This document shows positions 19,792 to 31,926 of a stretch of DNA of 64,000 nucleotides, piece by piece. Source of the DNA: an uncultured Methanoregulaceae archaeon (GTDB lineage: Archaea > Halobacteriota > Methanomicrobia > Methanomicrobiales > Methanospirillaceae); the NCBI GenBank assembly GCA_963841015.1, contig CAWJAX010000005.1, positions 224,001 to 288,000 of the forward strand. Reading direction: 5' to 3'. Position 1 is the first letter of the stretch. The number at the start of each line of letters is the position of its first letter. The notes below the pieces were generated by a model. It saw nothing but the letters and a program-made list of their open reading frames with translations, made no database searches and had not been told where the DNA came from. The position numbers and the translations under genes are program-made.

Positions 19792-20271
19792 ATGACCCGC
19801 GGGAGAAGACCGCTCATGGCCCTCCGCGAAGCCGTGCTGATCGCAAAGAAGCGTGGTGAGACTAGGCAGTTCATGTACGAGCCGGGCATGATCTGCAATT
19901 TCGTGATCTACAGCCCCGGTATCGTGGCCCATGTCCGGATCAAACGGGTCACCCGCGTCCACTGCGACCATGCATGGATCGAGTGTGAGGCAGCCGATGC
20001 ACTCGCAGGACTTCGGGCCATCGCATCCGGGTCCGGGATCTCCCGCGAGCTCTGGGTTTTCCTGCCCCGTGGGGCATTCCGGTTTTACCGCGTCACGGAT
20101 ACCGGGCTTGTCGAACTCAGTCGTGATGGATTGGTGATGCCCGAGAAACCGAAGTCGGCACCCGTAGCGCTGCCACCCATAGCCGGGTTGTCAGCTATAC
20201 TCCCGGTCCAGAAACCCCTTCCGGAATCCACCGTCGGTGAAATTCCCTCAGAAAAGGGTCATGGGGAGTAG
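19792..20271 (+). CDS. Hypothetical protein, possible PD-(D/E)XK restriction-endonuclease-like fold with low-complexity tail
   Basis: ATG start, basic 159-aa ORF; helix then CNFVIY...VAHVRIKR strands resembling Hjc-like motifs II/III; RELW...FRFYRV. Confidence 0.6.
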   Translation: MTRGRRPLMALREAVLIAKKRGETRQFMYEPGMICNFVIYSPGIVAHVRIKRVTRVHCDHAWIECEAADALAGLRAIASGSGISRELWVFLPRGAFRFYRVTDTGLVELSRDGLVMPEKPKSAPVALPPIAGLSAILPVQKPLPESTVGEIPSEKGHGE

Positions 20272-20607
20272 GATCCCCCTTTCTTAAAATGCCCTGATTG
20301 GCAAACGGAGCCTGTATAACAGACTTTGCCCGCTCCCCCTTTTCGGGCATCCGAAAATAGATCGAATTGAGGGAAAAACGGTACAATGAGGTTATTTTCC
20401 TCCACGAAAAAGGCCCGGATTGATCTTCCTTCTCTCGGTACTTTGGAAATATCTAAATAGAATCAATTGGGTGGAGAAAGTCCACTGAAACCGTGCCGGG
20501 GTTTGAGTGATTTAAGGAGGATCTGAGGATCCGTCAGGTCAGGCCAAACATTTCCAAAAAATTTTAGCGCAAAAAAATTTTGTTGAATTTTTTTAAAAAG
20601 ATCTCGT

Positions 20608-21741
20608 TTACCCAACCCGCTTGATCCTTCCCATCGCTTCTTTCAACCGCTCCATCGACGTCGCATACGAAAGCCGGATCCATCCCGGTGCATAGAACGC
20701 ACTACCCGGGGTTGCTGCCACGTGGCCATTCTCGAGCCATCGGGAGGCAACTTCCATATCGTCGCCGGTAACTTTCACAAAGGCATAGAACGCCCCATCA
20801 GCAGGTGCTGTCTCGTAACCCATACGGTTCAGCTCGGCAATGATGTATTTCCGCCGCCGGTCGAACTCTTTACGCATCTCTTCGACGCAGGACTGGTCAC
20901 CTTTGAGTGCGGCAACCCCGCCCCACATCGCAAAGGTGGTCGCCTGGCTGATGGTGTGCTGCTGTACCTTGGACATCTCTGCGATGATCTCCTTGGGGGC
21001 AACTGCGTATCCGAGCCGCCAGCCGGTCATGGCATAGGCTTTCGAGAAGCCGTTGATAGTAATCGTCCGCTGCGCCATGTCGCCGATTGCGGCAAGCGAG
21101 AGGTGTTCTTTACCATAGACCATCTTCTCGTAGATCTCATCGGACATCGCATAAATGTCATAATCCGTGCAGAGATCCGCAACGAGCTTTAAGGACTTTG
21201 TGTCGAAAACAGCACCCGTAGGATTCGATGGGGAGTTGATCACGATCATCTTGGTCTTTGCATTCACCCGCTCGAGAAGAGAGTCGTCGAGCTGGAAGGT
21301 TTTTACGTTGATCGCGTGCTTCACGATCTTCCCGCCAGCGATCTGGACACAGGGCTCATACGAGACCCAGGCCGGGGTGAGGATAATCGTCTCGTCGCCC
21401 GGGTTCAGGACTGCTTCGCATGCCTCGTAGATGGCCTGCTTGGCCCCACTGGAGACGATGACCTGCTGGGGGGTGCAGGGAAATTTGTTCTCCCGGATGA
21501 TCTTCGTGACGATGGCGCTCGTCAGCTCGGGGATGCCGTTGCTCGGCGCATAATGGGTCTGGCCCCGGTTCAGGGCATCAATGCAGGCATCCGTGATATG
21601 CCGGGGGGTATCGAAATCGGGCTCGCCGATAGACATGCTGATAACATCGATTCCCTCTGCCTGCATCTTTTTTGCCCGGTTGGAGATCGCGATCGTTGCC
21701 GATTCGACAACACCTGCGATCTTCTCCGAGAGAGGCCTCAT
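20608..21741 (-). CDS. PLP-dependent aspartate aminotransferase family (class I)
   Basis: [32 protein letters not shown]. Confidence 0.9.
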   Translation of the reverse strand: MRPLSEKIAGVVESATIAISNRAKKMQAEGIDVISMSIGEPDFDTPRHITDACIDALNRGQTHYAPSNGIPELTSAIVTKIIRENKFPCTPQQVIVSSGAKQAIYEACEAVLNPGDETIILTPAWVSYEPCVQIAGGKIVKHAINVKTFQLDDSLLERVNAKTKMIVINSPSNPTGAVFDTKSLKLVADLCTDYDIYAMSDEIYEKMVYGKEHLSLAAIGDMAQRTITINGFSKAYAMTGWRLGYAVAPKEIIAEMSKVQQHTISQATTFAMWGGVAALKGDQSCVEEMRKEFDRRRKYIIAELNRMGYETAPADGAFYAFVKVTGDDMEVASRWLENGHVAATPGSAFYAPGWIRLSYATSMERLKEAMGRIKRVG

Positions 21742-22157
21742 TTCAACCGTTTGACAAGTTTGATGGCGGATTCGACAGCCCGTTTTGCATAATCGATCCG
21801 TTCGTTTGCCTCAAGGCGTGTCATGCCGGGTCCGGAAATACCAAGGGTTACCGGCTTGCCAAACTCAAGCGAGAGATCGATAATCTTCCGGGCTGCATGC
21901 TGAACGACAATATCGTCATGCTGGGTAGCGCCTTCAATAACACAACCGATAGTGACGACTGCATCAACTTTTCCCGCCTGCAGCATCTTCTTGATCGCAA
22001 GCGGCATGTCATAAGCACCCGGTACGTACAGGCACTCGGTGACTTCTGCGCCAAGAAATGCTGCATGTTCGCGGCCTTCAATTTCCATCATGTAAGTGAT
22101 GTCGCGGTTAAACTCTGCGACAACAAATCCGAGTTTTATGGGGTTGGTATCACACAT
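21738..22157 (-). CDS. ribH: 6,7-dimethyl-8-ribityllumazine synthase
   Basis: [31 protein letters not shown]. Confidence 0.95.
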   Translation of the reverse strand: MCDTNPIKLGFVVAEFNRDITYMMEIEGREHAAFLGAEVTECLYVPGAYDMPLAIKKMLQAGKVDAVVTIGCVIEGATQHDDIVVQHAARKIIDLSLEFGKPVTLGISGPGMTRLEANERIDYAKRAVESAIKLVKRLK

Positions 22158-22200
22158 AGTAGATCATCTCATGTAAATGGTCATAAATGCTTAGCTGGTC

Positions 22201-23789
<1,589 letters not shown>

Positions 23790-23835
23790 GTGGATCTGCT
23801 CATAGTATATCTAGATAAGCACAATATATGTTTGG

Positions 23836-24237
23836 ATGGTTAGTATGGCTGACGTGGCAGTTATTTCGGGCTCCGCTTCTGATTCAGCAATCACGGACAA
23901 GGTAAAAAAGATCCTTGAAGAAAACCAGGTTTTGTATGACGCCCAGATCATTTCAGCCCACCGTGATCCAGAGAGACTTGACACCTACATAAAAACCAGT
24001 AATGCGAAAATATTCATTGCGATTGCCGGACTTTCAGCAGCCCTTCCCGGTGTGATCGCTTCAAAGACCAATAAACCGGTGATCGGTGTCCCGGTCAGCG
24101 GGACCCTGAACGGGCTCGATGCACTCCTCGCAATTGCCCAGATGCCCAAAGGTGTACCGGTAGCATGCGTGGGGGTTGACAACGGAGATAACGCGGCATG
24201 GCTGGCGATCCGGATACTGAATTTATTAAAAAAATGA
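23836..24237 (+). CDS. purE: AIR carboxylase / N5-CAIR mutase
   Basis: [33 protein letters not shown]. Confidence 0.92.
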   Translation: MVSMADVAVISGSASDSAITDKVKKILEENQVLYDAQIISAHRDPERLDTYIKTSNAKIFIAIAGLSAALPGVIASKTNKPVIGVPVSGTLNGLDALLAIAQMPKGVPVACVGVDNGDNAAWLAIRILNLLKK

Positions 24238-24243
24238 AAAATA

Positions 24244-25521
24244 TTATTTTTTCGTCTTTTTTTCGTCAAAGAGTTCGTTGACTATCTTGATTGCACAGAG
24301 ATCGCCGCACATCGAACAGGTCTCCATGTCCCCATCGCGGCAGTGGATCTTTTTTGCATGGTCTCCAAAGAGAGCCAGTCTGAACTGGGCATCCCAATCG
24401 AGTTCATGCCGTGCCTCAGCCATCTGCACCTCACGTTCCATCCGCCAGCCCTCGTGCCTCCGGACAGTATCCCCTATGTGGGCAGCGATCTTTGCCACCC
24501 GCGTTCCCTCGATGATGTCTGCAACATCCGGAAGTGCGAGGTGTTCGCTGGGAGATACCATGCAGAGGAAATCTGCCCCATTCAGGCATGCCGTTGCCCC
24601 CCCTATGGCAGCTACAACATGATCATAGCCTGGCGCAATATCGGTGACGAGGGGTCCAAGCAGGTAGAGAGGAGCATGATCGGTGATCTCTTTTATCATG
24701 TGCACATTGTAGCCAACCTGATCGAGTGGCATATGTCCTGGTCCTTCGATCATCCGCTGGACCCCCTTTGCCAGTGCCTGTTTCGCAAGCGTGCCGAGTG
24801 TGATATACTCCACCGACTTTGCGAGTTTCCCTGCATCCTGCAGGCAGCCGGGGCGCATCCCGTCCCCAAGGCTTATCGTCACATCGTACTCTGCGAGAAT
24901 CTCTAACAGGTAATCGTATTCGGCAAACAGAGGATTCTCCTCGTCACGCTGCACCATCATCGCACAGTGGAATGAACCACCCCGGCTCACCACACCCATC
25001 ACCCGAGGATCATTCCTGAGCGCTGCAAGTGCCTGCCGGTTCACCCCGCAGTGGAGTGTCAGGAAGTCAACACCCTGCTGGCAGTGTTCGCGGATGACCC
25101 GGAAGAGAAGATCGGCATCAACATCAGCGGCATTACCCGCCCTGCGGACTGCTTCATAGACTGGAACTGTCCCAACCGTGGTATCAAACGCAAGGATTTT
25201 TTTCCGGATTGCGACAAGGTCGCCACCGGTCGAGAGATCCATTAATGCATCGGCGCCATTGATGAGTGCAGCCTGTGCCTTTTCCTCTTCAAGTTCGGGA
25301 TCACAGCGTGTGCCTGATGTCCCGATATTGACATTAATTTTTACCTGGCAGCCCTCTCCTATCGCGCACTGCTGGTGGATGCGCTTTGGATTTGCCGGAA
25401 TCACAATCCTTCCTGCTGAAATACCCCGGGCTAAGCGCGCCGTATCTATTCCTTCCAACCGAGCCACCACGTCGAGTTCCTGCGGAATCCCACGGGAACA
25501 TCTGCGGATCAGGGAATCCAT
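24244..25521 (-). CDS. thiC: Phosphomethylpyrimidine synthase ThiC family (or Bza-like paralog)
   Basis: KINVNIGTS, MDLSTGG, GTVPVY, SRGGS, LGDGMRPG, EGPGH, C-terminal CSMCGDLC. Confidence 0.85.
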   Translation of the reverse strand: MDSLIRRCSRGIPQELDVVARLEGIDTARLARGISAGRIVIPANPKRIHQQCAIGEGCQVKINVNIGTSGTRCDPELEEEKAQAALINGADALMDLSTGGDLVAIRKKILAFDTTVGTVPVYEAVRRAGNAADVDADLLFRVIREHCQQGVDFLTLHCGVNRQALAALRNDPRVMGVVSRGGSFHCAMMVQRDEENPLFAEYDYLLEILAEYDVTISLGDGMRPGCLQDAGKLAKSVEYITLGTLAKQALAKGVQRMIEGPGHMPLDQVGYNVHMIKEITDHAPLYLLGPLVTDIAPGYDHVVAAIGGATACLNGADFLCMVSPSEHLALPDVADIIEGTRVAKIAAHIGDTVRRHEGWRMEREVQMAEARHELDWDAQFRLALFGDHAKKIHCRDGDMETCSMCGDLCAIKIVNELFDEKKTKK

Positions 25522-25555
25522 AAGAAACATCTGTCGGGAGTCCTTATTATTGTGC

Positions 25556-26159
25556 ATGCAGGTCAGATGGATTCCCGAACAGTCGGCTTTTGCGAACTCC
25601 TATATTTACGGCACGATTCTCGTTGACGCGGGATTGCCGCCAATGGCTGTCAAACCATTCAAAGATGAAATCGATACAATTGTCCTGACGCACTGCCATT
25701 TTGATCACACAGCCCGAATAAAAGAGATTGCCTTTATGTGTAAGGCAAAGGTCGCCATTCATAAAAATGATGCCAGAGGGCTTGTTGATGACATCCAGAG
25801 CCTGTCCATGCACTTTGGTGCACGTTCTCCCGGGATTGCTCCTGATATTGTACTTTCTGAGGGGGACATCATAGGAGAATTAGAGGTCCTGCATACACCA
25901 GGTCATACACCGGGAAGCATTTGCCTCTTTTCTGAGCGGGACCATGTTCTTATCAGCGGAGATACTGTTTTTTCCGACGGGTGTTTCGGAAGATATGATT
26001 TCCCGGGGGGTAGCAGGATTGAACTTGAACAATCACTCAACCGGCTCTCGCTTCTTGATGTGGAGGGGCTTTACCCCGGCCATGGGGAACCGGTTGAAAC
26101 CGGCTGGACGCCGTCACATCGCTTCAGCGCTGGGACTGATGAAGAGCGGTTATGGATAA
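25556..26159 (+). CDS. Metallo-beta-lactamase fold hydrolase (glyoxalase II-like), frameshift near 26105
   Basis: THCHFDH, HTPGHTPG, SGD, YPGHG; natural C-terminus (RRHIASALGLMKSGYG*) lies in another frame. Confidence 0.85.
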
Positions 26160-26608
26160 AGGAATTTACTGCCTTGTTTTTCGAAACCCCGGCTGCACTA
26201 TCAGAACTGGTGCATTGGGGGCGATTACGTTTCGGGCCGGTTGGCACATCTATATTGGATCTGCGCTGGGTAGCGGGGGGTTACAACGGCTTGAACGTCA
26301 TATCTCGCTCGCCCTCCTGCATGACAAACAACCGAAATGGCATGTTGACTACCTCTTCATTTCACCCTGTTTTTCGCTTGTTTATGCAGTCTACGCAATC
26401 ACAGGGGATCGTCTGGAATGCCAGCTTGTTCGTGAACTGAACAAGGCCGGGCATTGCAAAGTTCGGATGCAGTGACTGCTCCTGTACATCGCATCTCCTG
26501 TACCGGCAGGGTGATCCAAAGCAGGAGATCCTCGCTGCATTCTGTGGACTCCAGCTCGATCCCATCATCAAAACTATCATTAATCCACAGGTTAAGGGTA
26601 ACATATGA
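26152..26608 (+). CDS. DUF123 / Uri-superfamily (GIY-YIG-like) nuclease, frameshift near 26450
   Basis: KGIYCL, YIGSALG, RLERH, WHVDY, then FGCSDCSCTSHL in the shifted frame; ends overlapping the next ATG. Confidence 0.8.
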
Positions 26609-27159
26609 AAGTGCTTGGGATATCGGGAAGCATGCGAAAGGATGGAAATACCGCAGATCTGGTCAATGTTATCCTCAAACGCTGTGATGAGGCAGGGATC
26701 AAAACCGAATTTGTCTCGCTTGCGGGAAAAAAAATTCACCCGTGTCTGGGCTGTGAGAAGTGCAAGGAGAAGAAATGGTGTGTGATAGAGAATGATGACT
26801 GGGGCGAAGTGATTCAGAAAGTGCTCGACAGCGACGTGCTCGTTATAGGTTCACCCACCTATTATTACGATATATGCGGCCACCTGAAAAACTTCATTGA
26901 CCGCACGTATTCCCTCTATCACGACCGGAAGCTTGCGGGAAGAAAAGGGATCGCTGTAGCGGTTCAGGCACATAAAGGTGCCAGCCGGACGATCCAGACG
27001 CTTGAGGGGTTCTTAAGCACGCATGAATTCTCATCGCTGGGTTCGGTGAAAGGGAACGGGTATCATAAAGGCGAAGTGCTGTCTGATGAGGATGCAGTAG
27101 AAAAAGCTCAGAAAATCGGCGATAAAATCGTCAGGCTTGTGAAACGCAACCACGATTGA
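26605..27159 (+). CDS. Iron-sulfur flavoprotein / flavodoxin family protein
   Basis: SGSMRKDGNT, CLGCEKCKEKKWC, GSPTY. Confidence 0.9.
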   Translation: MKVLGISGSMRKDGNTADLVNVILKRCDEAGIKTEFVSLAGKKIHPCLGCEKCKEKKWCVIENDDWGEVIQKVLDSDVLVIGSPTYYYDICGHLKNFIDRTYSLYHDRKLAGRKGIAVAVQAHKGASRTIQTLEGFLSTHEFSSLGSVKGNGYHKGEVLSDEDAVEKAQKIGDKIVRLVKRNHD

Positions 27160-27180
27160 TCCTATAAAATGCTGTTTCCC

Positions 27181-27632
27181 TCAATCGTGTTTTTTTCCTT
27201 TCATCGACTTAATATCGATCCTGATTACACAAACATTTCTGATATCTTCATCGGACAACTCGTGAATCCCACTCCCATAGTGGTGCATGATGCAGTTTAA
27301 TCCGTGTTTCTTTTCCTCATGATCAGATATGAAATATGCACTGCCAAAACCGATCACACTTTTATATCGCATCTCCCATGCACACGGCTTCTCAGTGCGT
27401 ATGAGTGTTTGACACAGGTCTACCTCAAAACAACACTGTGGATTTTTCTTTAAAATTTCAATTTTTTTTCCGGACATGGCTGAATGATGGTAAATTGTTC
27501 CGTCAATGTACCCAAAACAAAGCGGATATACGGCTCAACGCCATCCGACATACCAATCCTGCAGACCTGCGCATCGTTGAGGAGAGATTCAATCTCGACA
27601 ATGTCAGTGATCTGACGATCGCTTCTTCTCAT
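27181..27632 (-). CDS. Pyridoxamine 5'-phosphate oxidase-like (NimA) FMN-binding protein, frameshift near 27525
   Basis: MRRSDRQIT...VCRIGM...PY joined to PLCFGY...HSAMSGKKIE...YKSVIGFG. Confidence 0.8.
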
Positions 27633-27676
27633 ACACCCTCTTGGGGATATTATCTATTGATAGTGCAAGGTCCCGG

Positions 27677-28765
27677 TCAGACCGGTTCATAGAGCGTCGT
27701 ACGGCGTTTGAGTGTCCGTCCGATATCCTCTGCAATCCGCTGCATCTCAGAAGGATCAAGGTAATCTGTATTGATTGCACCAGCCCCTTTTGAAATGCTC
27801 TCTTCGAACATCGTGCCGCCAAGATCGTTGGCACCTGCAACCAAACTTAACTGGGCCATCTTGATGCCTTCTTTTACCCAGGAAACCTGGATATTCTTAA
27901 AGTTGTCCAGAAAGAGGCGTGCTACAGCGACCATCAGGAGATCTTCTCTTCCTGTCGCTCCTGCCCGCGCTTTTCCAGCACGGAAGAGGGGAGTGTTCAT
28001 GTGGATAAACGAAAGAGGGACAAATTCTGTAAACCCGCGCGTTTCATCCTGAATTTCACGCAGGATTGCAAGATGGTGCACCCGGTCTTCATCAGTCTCA
28101 CAATGACCATACATAATTGTTGCAGTGGTTGGAATGCCCAGGGCATGCGCCTCCCGGATAATGCGAATCCATTCATTTGTTGAAACCTTCTGTGCACAGA
28201 TTTTTTTACGGACTGAATCAACAAGGATCTCTGCTGCCGTGCCGCACATTGACCCGAGTCCTGCCGCTTTCATGTCCATCAGCACATCATGAGTGCTCAT
28301 ATTGCTCTTTTTAGCAGCATAGGCAACTTCCATCGGATTGCTGGCATGAAGATGGATGCCAGGTGCAGCCTCATGAATCCAGCGGTAGACATCACAATAG
28401 GATTGGGCATTAAAATCCGGATGGAGCCCGCTGACCGTACAGATTTCGGATACTTCGCGCATTTTTGCGAGGGACGCCTTTTTCTGGATCTCGGACTTGT
28501 CGTGATAATAGATACCGTCATCACCAGGTTTTTTTGAAAAGCCGCAGAAACCGCAGGCATTGACGCAGAGATTGGTCACATTGATGTTCTGGTTCCTGAC
28601 ATAGGTAACTGCGTCACCAACCCGTCGTTCACGCATCTCGTCTGCAGCTGCTGCGATTTCCCAAATCTGTCGATTCCGGACCTGAAACAGATCCAGTGCA
28701 TCGTCGTTACTCATACGGTGGCCGGTTTTGATATCATCAAGCAGAGTCCGCAGCTGATTATCCAT
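27677..28765 (-). CDS. cofH: FO synthase subunit 2 (radical SAM), paralog 1
   Basis: NVTNLCVNACGFC, GTAAEIL, ATIMYGH, FTEFVPL, GANDLGGT, RTTLY. Confidence 0.9.
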   Translation of the reverse strand: MDNQLRTLLDDIKTGHRMSNDDALDLFQVRNRQIWEIAAAADEMRERRVGDAVTYVRNQNINVTNLCVNACGFCGFSKKPGDDGIYYHDKSEIQKKASLAKMREVSEICTVSGLHPDFNAQSYCDVYRWIHEAAPGIHLHASNPMEVAYAAKKSNMSTHDVLMDMKAAGLGSMCGTAAEILVDSVRKKICAQKVSTNEWIRIIREAHALGIPTTATIMYGHCETDEDRVHHLAILREIQDETRGFTEFVPLSFIHMNTPLFRAGKARAGATGREDLLMVAVARLFLDNFKNIQVSWVKEGIKMAQLSLVAGANDLGGTMFEESISKGAGAINTDYLDPSEMQRIAEDIGRTLKRRTTLYEPV

Positions 28766-28882
28766 TGCTCACTCCAGGATATTCTTCAGACATTGTAGCG
28801 TCTAAGAGAAAATTACCTGTATCGTATTCTTACCCCACATGATTATTAATCCCCCTGCACCAATCATCTCTACTGGAGAGAT

Positions 28883-29183
28883 ATGGAACAGGTTGAAGTT
28901 CAACTGACCAGAAAGGTTGCAGATGGATTTATTATTCCTCTCGGCCCGGCGAATCTTGTTGCGGTAATGACCGATGTGGGGATGGTTGGTTGTGGAGCTT
29001 TTGACGTCAGCTGCACTGGATTCTTTCAGCTATCCTGCAGCAAAGGTGAGACCCGCAATCGGACCGACAATTGCAGATACCGAAGATATCCTGAAAGGGA
29101 TAATCAAGGAGGCAAACCGATCTGCTTTGGGACGCGGGATACGGACCGGTATGACCGGACGGCAGGCGCTGGAGCTTCTCTGA
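28883..29183 (+). CDS. DUF1805 / YunC family protein, frameshift near 29008
   Basis: GMVGCGAFDV joined to AALDSFSYPAAKV...GMTGRQALELL*. Confidence 0.8.
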
Positions 29184-29236
29184 TATCTTTTTTAGAGAAA
29201 AAGGAATTCGATGGTTACATCGAGAATATTTTTTTT

Positions 29237-30322
29237 TTAGATCAGTTTATACAGGGTTGTCCGCTCCTGCAGGGTTCGCCCAATGTCTGACACTATCCGT
29301 TCCATGACCACTGGATCAAGGTAATCTGCATCGATTGCCCCTGCATTTACAGATATATCATCGGAGAACATGGTGCCGGCAAGATCATTGCCTCCGGCGA
29401 GTAACGACATCTGAGACATCTTTTGTCCAAGCTTCCCCAACGGGACCTGAATATTATTGAAATTATCGAGGAACAGCCGGGAAACAGCGGTCATCAGCAG
29501 ATCTTCCCGACCTGTCGCGCCTGCACGGGCAATACCCTCTTTAAAAAGCGAGGTATTGGTGTGGATATAGGTCAGAGGAACCAGTTCAGTAAAGCCATGT
29601 GTTTCATCCTGAATCGTGCGCAGTATGCCAAGATGCTCAGCCTGGTCCTTTGCAGTTTCACAGGAACCGTACATAATAGTCGCTGTCGAAAATATCCCCA
29701 GCGCGTGTGCTTCTTTGATAATTCGGACCCATTCAGCTGTACCCAATTTCCGGGGACAGATCACTTTTCTCACAGAGTCCACAAGGATCTCTGCCGCAGT
29801 ACCCTGTAATGACCCAAGACCAGCAGCCTTCAATCGTTCAAGAACTTCAACACTGGAAAGATTGCTTCCTGATGCCGCATAGGAGACTTCATCCGGGCTG
29901 AACGCATGGAGATGAATATGCGGTCCTACCTCATGGACCCATGAGATTAGATCACAGTAAGTGTCGATGGTAAATTCTGGATGCACGCCGCTCAGTGGAC
30001 AGATCTCAGTAACACCACGCTTGAGGGCAAGACGTACCTTTGCCTGAATTGCCAGCTTATCATTGCAATAGGCGCCATCATCATCAGCACTCCTCCCAAA
30101 GCCGCAGAAACCACAGAGATTCTTACAGATATTGGTCACATGGAGGTTCTGGTTTTTCACATACGTTACAATGTTGCCTGCTTTGCGCTCCCGAACCTCA
30201 TCTGCAGCAGATATAATTTCGAAAACATTCCGGTCCCGTATTTCCAGAAGCCGGGTTGCCTCGACCTCAGTAAGACGATGTCCACCGAGTACATCTGATA
30301 GGAGTGTTGAAATATCTGACAT
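29237..30322 (-). CDS. cofH: FO synthase subunit 2 (radical SAM), paralog 2
   Basis: HVTNICKNLCGFC, GTAAEIL, ATIMYG, RTTLY. Confidence 0.85.
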   Translation of the reverse strand: MSDISTLLSDVLGGHRLTEVEATRLLEIRDRNVFEIISAADEVRERKAGNIVTYVKNQNLHVTNICKNLCGFCGFGRSADDDGAYCNDKLAIQAKVRLALKRGVTEICPLSGVHPEFTIDTYCDLISWVHEVGPHIHLHAFSPDEVSYAASGSNLSSVEVLERLKAAGLGSLQGTAAEILVDSVRKVICPRKLGTAEWVRIIKEAHALGIFSTATIMYGSCETAKDQAEHLGILRTIQDETHGFTELVPLTYIHTNTSLFKEGIARAGATGREDLLMTAVSRLFLDNFNNIQVPLGKLGQKMSQMSLLAGGNDLAGTMFSDDISVNAGAIDADYLDPVVMERIVSDIGRTLQERTTLYKLI

Positions 30323-30337
30323 AATTACCGCAACTAT

Positions 30338-31084
30338 CTAACGCTGTTTTTTTCTGTCCTTTTTCTGCGGTTTTTTCGTTTTGTCCTCCCGGGAGTGCAG
30401 ATAGAGTTCATGGAGTACCATGATGACTATGATGATGATAGTCACTTCAACAATATGGAGTGGGAGGTACCCGACCAGCGGGATGGTGAACAGTGCCTTT
30501 CCAATGATCCATTCATCCTTTACCGGCTCGATAACACCCAAACCCTGGTAAACTGCGACCTGATCAATATTTTTGTTATTATCCCCTTTTGTGATATATC
30601 CGCCGTGAGGTTGGTAATACTTTGAAATATTTTCAAGATCCAGTTGCAGGTATTTTGGCAGGTCTGCTGTGTCAGCTTTGACCATTGCCCGGTGGATAAT
30701 AGGATGTACACCTGATGAGATGAAGGGTATTGGAACCACAGGATTCTTTGCCCCGTTTGGCTGGTAAATAATCACATCCCCGTAATCCTCGAACTTTTTA
30801 TAGCCTGTTGTATTTCCCTGGACCCAGGTCTGTAATGTACCGAACCGGTCCTTCTGGACGACGACAACAAGATCTCCCACATTCATGTGAGGTACCATGC
30901 TCTCAGATTCGATAGTGACAACCGCAGGCCAGGTACCGCTGATTAAGAACAGGGTAAGTGCGATCCCGCCAACAACCGCCACGATCCAGATCAGATCGCG
31001 CGCCAGGGACACCCCCCAGTGATCACTTTCCCGGAATTTTGAGACCAGCGTGCGGATACCCCGTTTATTATCGTTATCAGCCAT
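30338..31084 (-). CDS. Signal peptidase I, archaeal S26 (Sec11-like)
   Basis: SESMVP, GDL, IIHR, ITKGDNN. Confidence 0.9.
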   Translation of the reverse strand: MADNDNKRGIRTLVSKFRESDHWGVSLARDLIWIVAVVGGIALTLFLISGTWPAVVTIESESMVPHMNVGDLVVVVQKDRFGTLQTWVQGNTTGYKKFEDYGDVIIYQPNGAKNPVVPIPFISSGVHPIIHRAMVKADTADLPKYLQLDLENISKYYQPHGGYITKGDNNKNIDQVAVYQGLGVIEPVKDEWIIGKALFTIPLVGYLPLHIVEVTIIIIVIMVLHELYLHSREDKTKKPQKKDRKKQR

Positions 31085-31166
31085 TTTTGCTCTCATTCTC
31101 TGATTTTTTATAATATGTTTAACCCTTCATAATTAACCATGTCGGATTATAAAATGCCGGAAGATT

Positions 31167-31787
31167 TCAATGTGAGAACAGCAGGCGCGACAGGTAGTAT
31201 GCTCCAAAAAGCATAAGAAAAATTCCGCAGAGAGCAATGATTTTCTGGTATGACGTGTCAGAAACAATCGTCCTTCCTTTGGATACGCCAGTTGAAACCA
31301 GCGTTAACCATACGATATCTGAAGACCAGTGCCCGATCATAAGGGCTCCAACAAGCACCAGTCCACCCTGGAGGCCTGCAATAATCATTGCACTCCCTAT
31401 TGAGAGCCACCAGATCCAGAAGTACGGGTTTGCCGCACTGGTAACAAATCCTGCCATATAGGGGTTGGCAACCGTTTGGGTAGAAGTTGTTCTCAGAGTT
31501 GCCTTCCTGCTTCCTGCGATAGTCAGCGCCCCATATGCAATCAGCGCAATCCCGCCAATTCCTGCAATTGCTGAGGTGTAGGGAAGTGCAACCGACGCCA
31601 ATCCCATAAAGATCAGGAAAACAAGAAAAAGTTCCATGATTACATGGCCAAGAGAGACTTTCAACCCGGTCGTCCAGTCACCGGCTATCGATGCGTTGAT
31701 GGTTGCAACCAGCGTTGGACCTGGCGCGAGCGCACCAGTCAGACCGATCACAAATCCGAGGATAAACATCTGGAATATTTCAAACAT
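31167..31787 (-). CDS. LysE family translocator
   Basis: GALAPGP, GH...E, ANPYFWIWW. Confidence 0.9.
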   Translation of the reverse strand: MFEIFQMFILGFVIGLTGALAPGPTLVATINASIAGDWTTGLKVSLGHVIMELFLVFLIFMGLASVALPYTSAIAGIGGIALIAYGALTIAGSRKATLRTTSTQTVANPYMAGFVTSAANPYFWIWWLSIGSAMIIAGLQGGLVLVGALMIGHWSSDIVWLTLVSTGVSKGRTIVSDTSYQKIIALCGIFLMLFGAYYLSRLLFSH

Positions 31788-31926
31788 GGGAGGATCCTCG
31801 GATATTTCGCAATGCTAACTTCATCTGAAAAGAATATCAATCATTCACCATCAGCCAGCCTGACTTCCGGAATATTGCGATGTCAGGATAAAACCCTATA
31901 TTTTGTTCGTAACCAATATACTATTC

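Noticed and set aside
25178-26440. 420-aa ORF as one large protein
   Set aside because: Its N-terminus is antisense to thiC and its C-terminus is off-frame read-through over DUF123; only the part from 25556 to about 26105 is real MBL sequence
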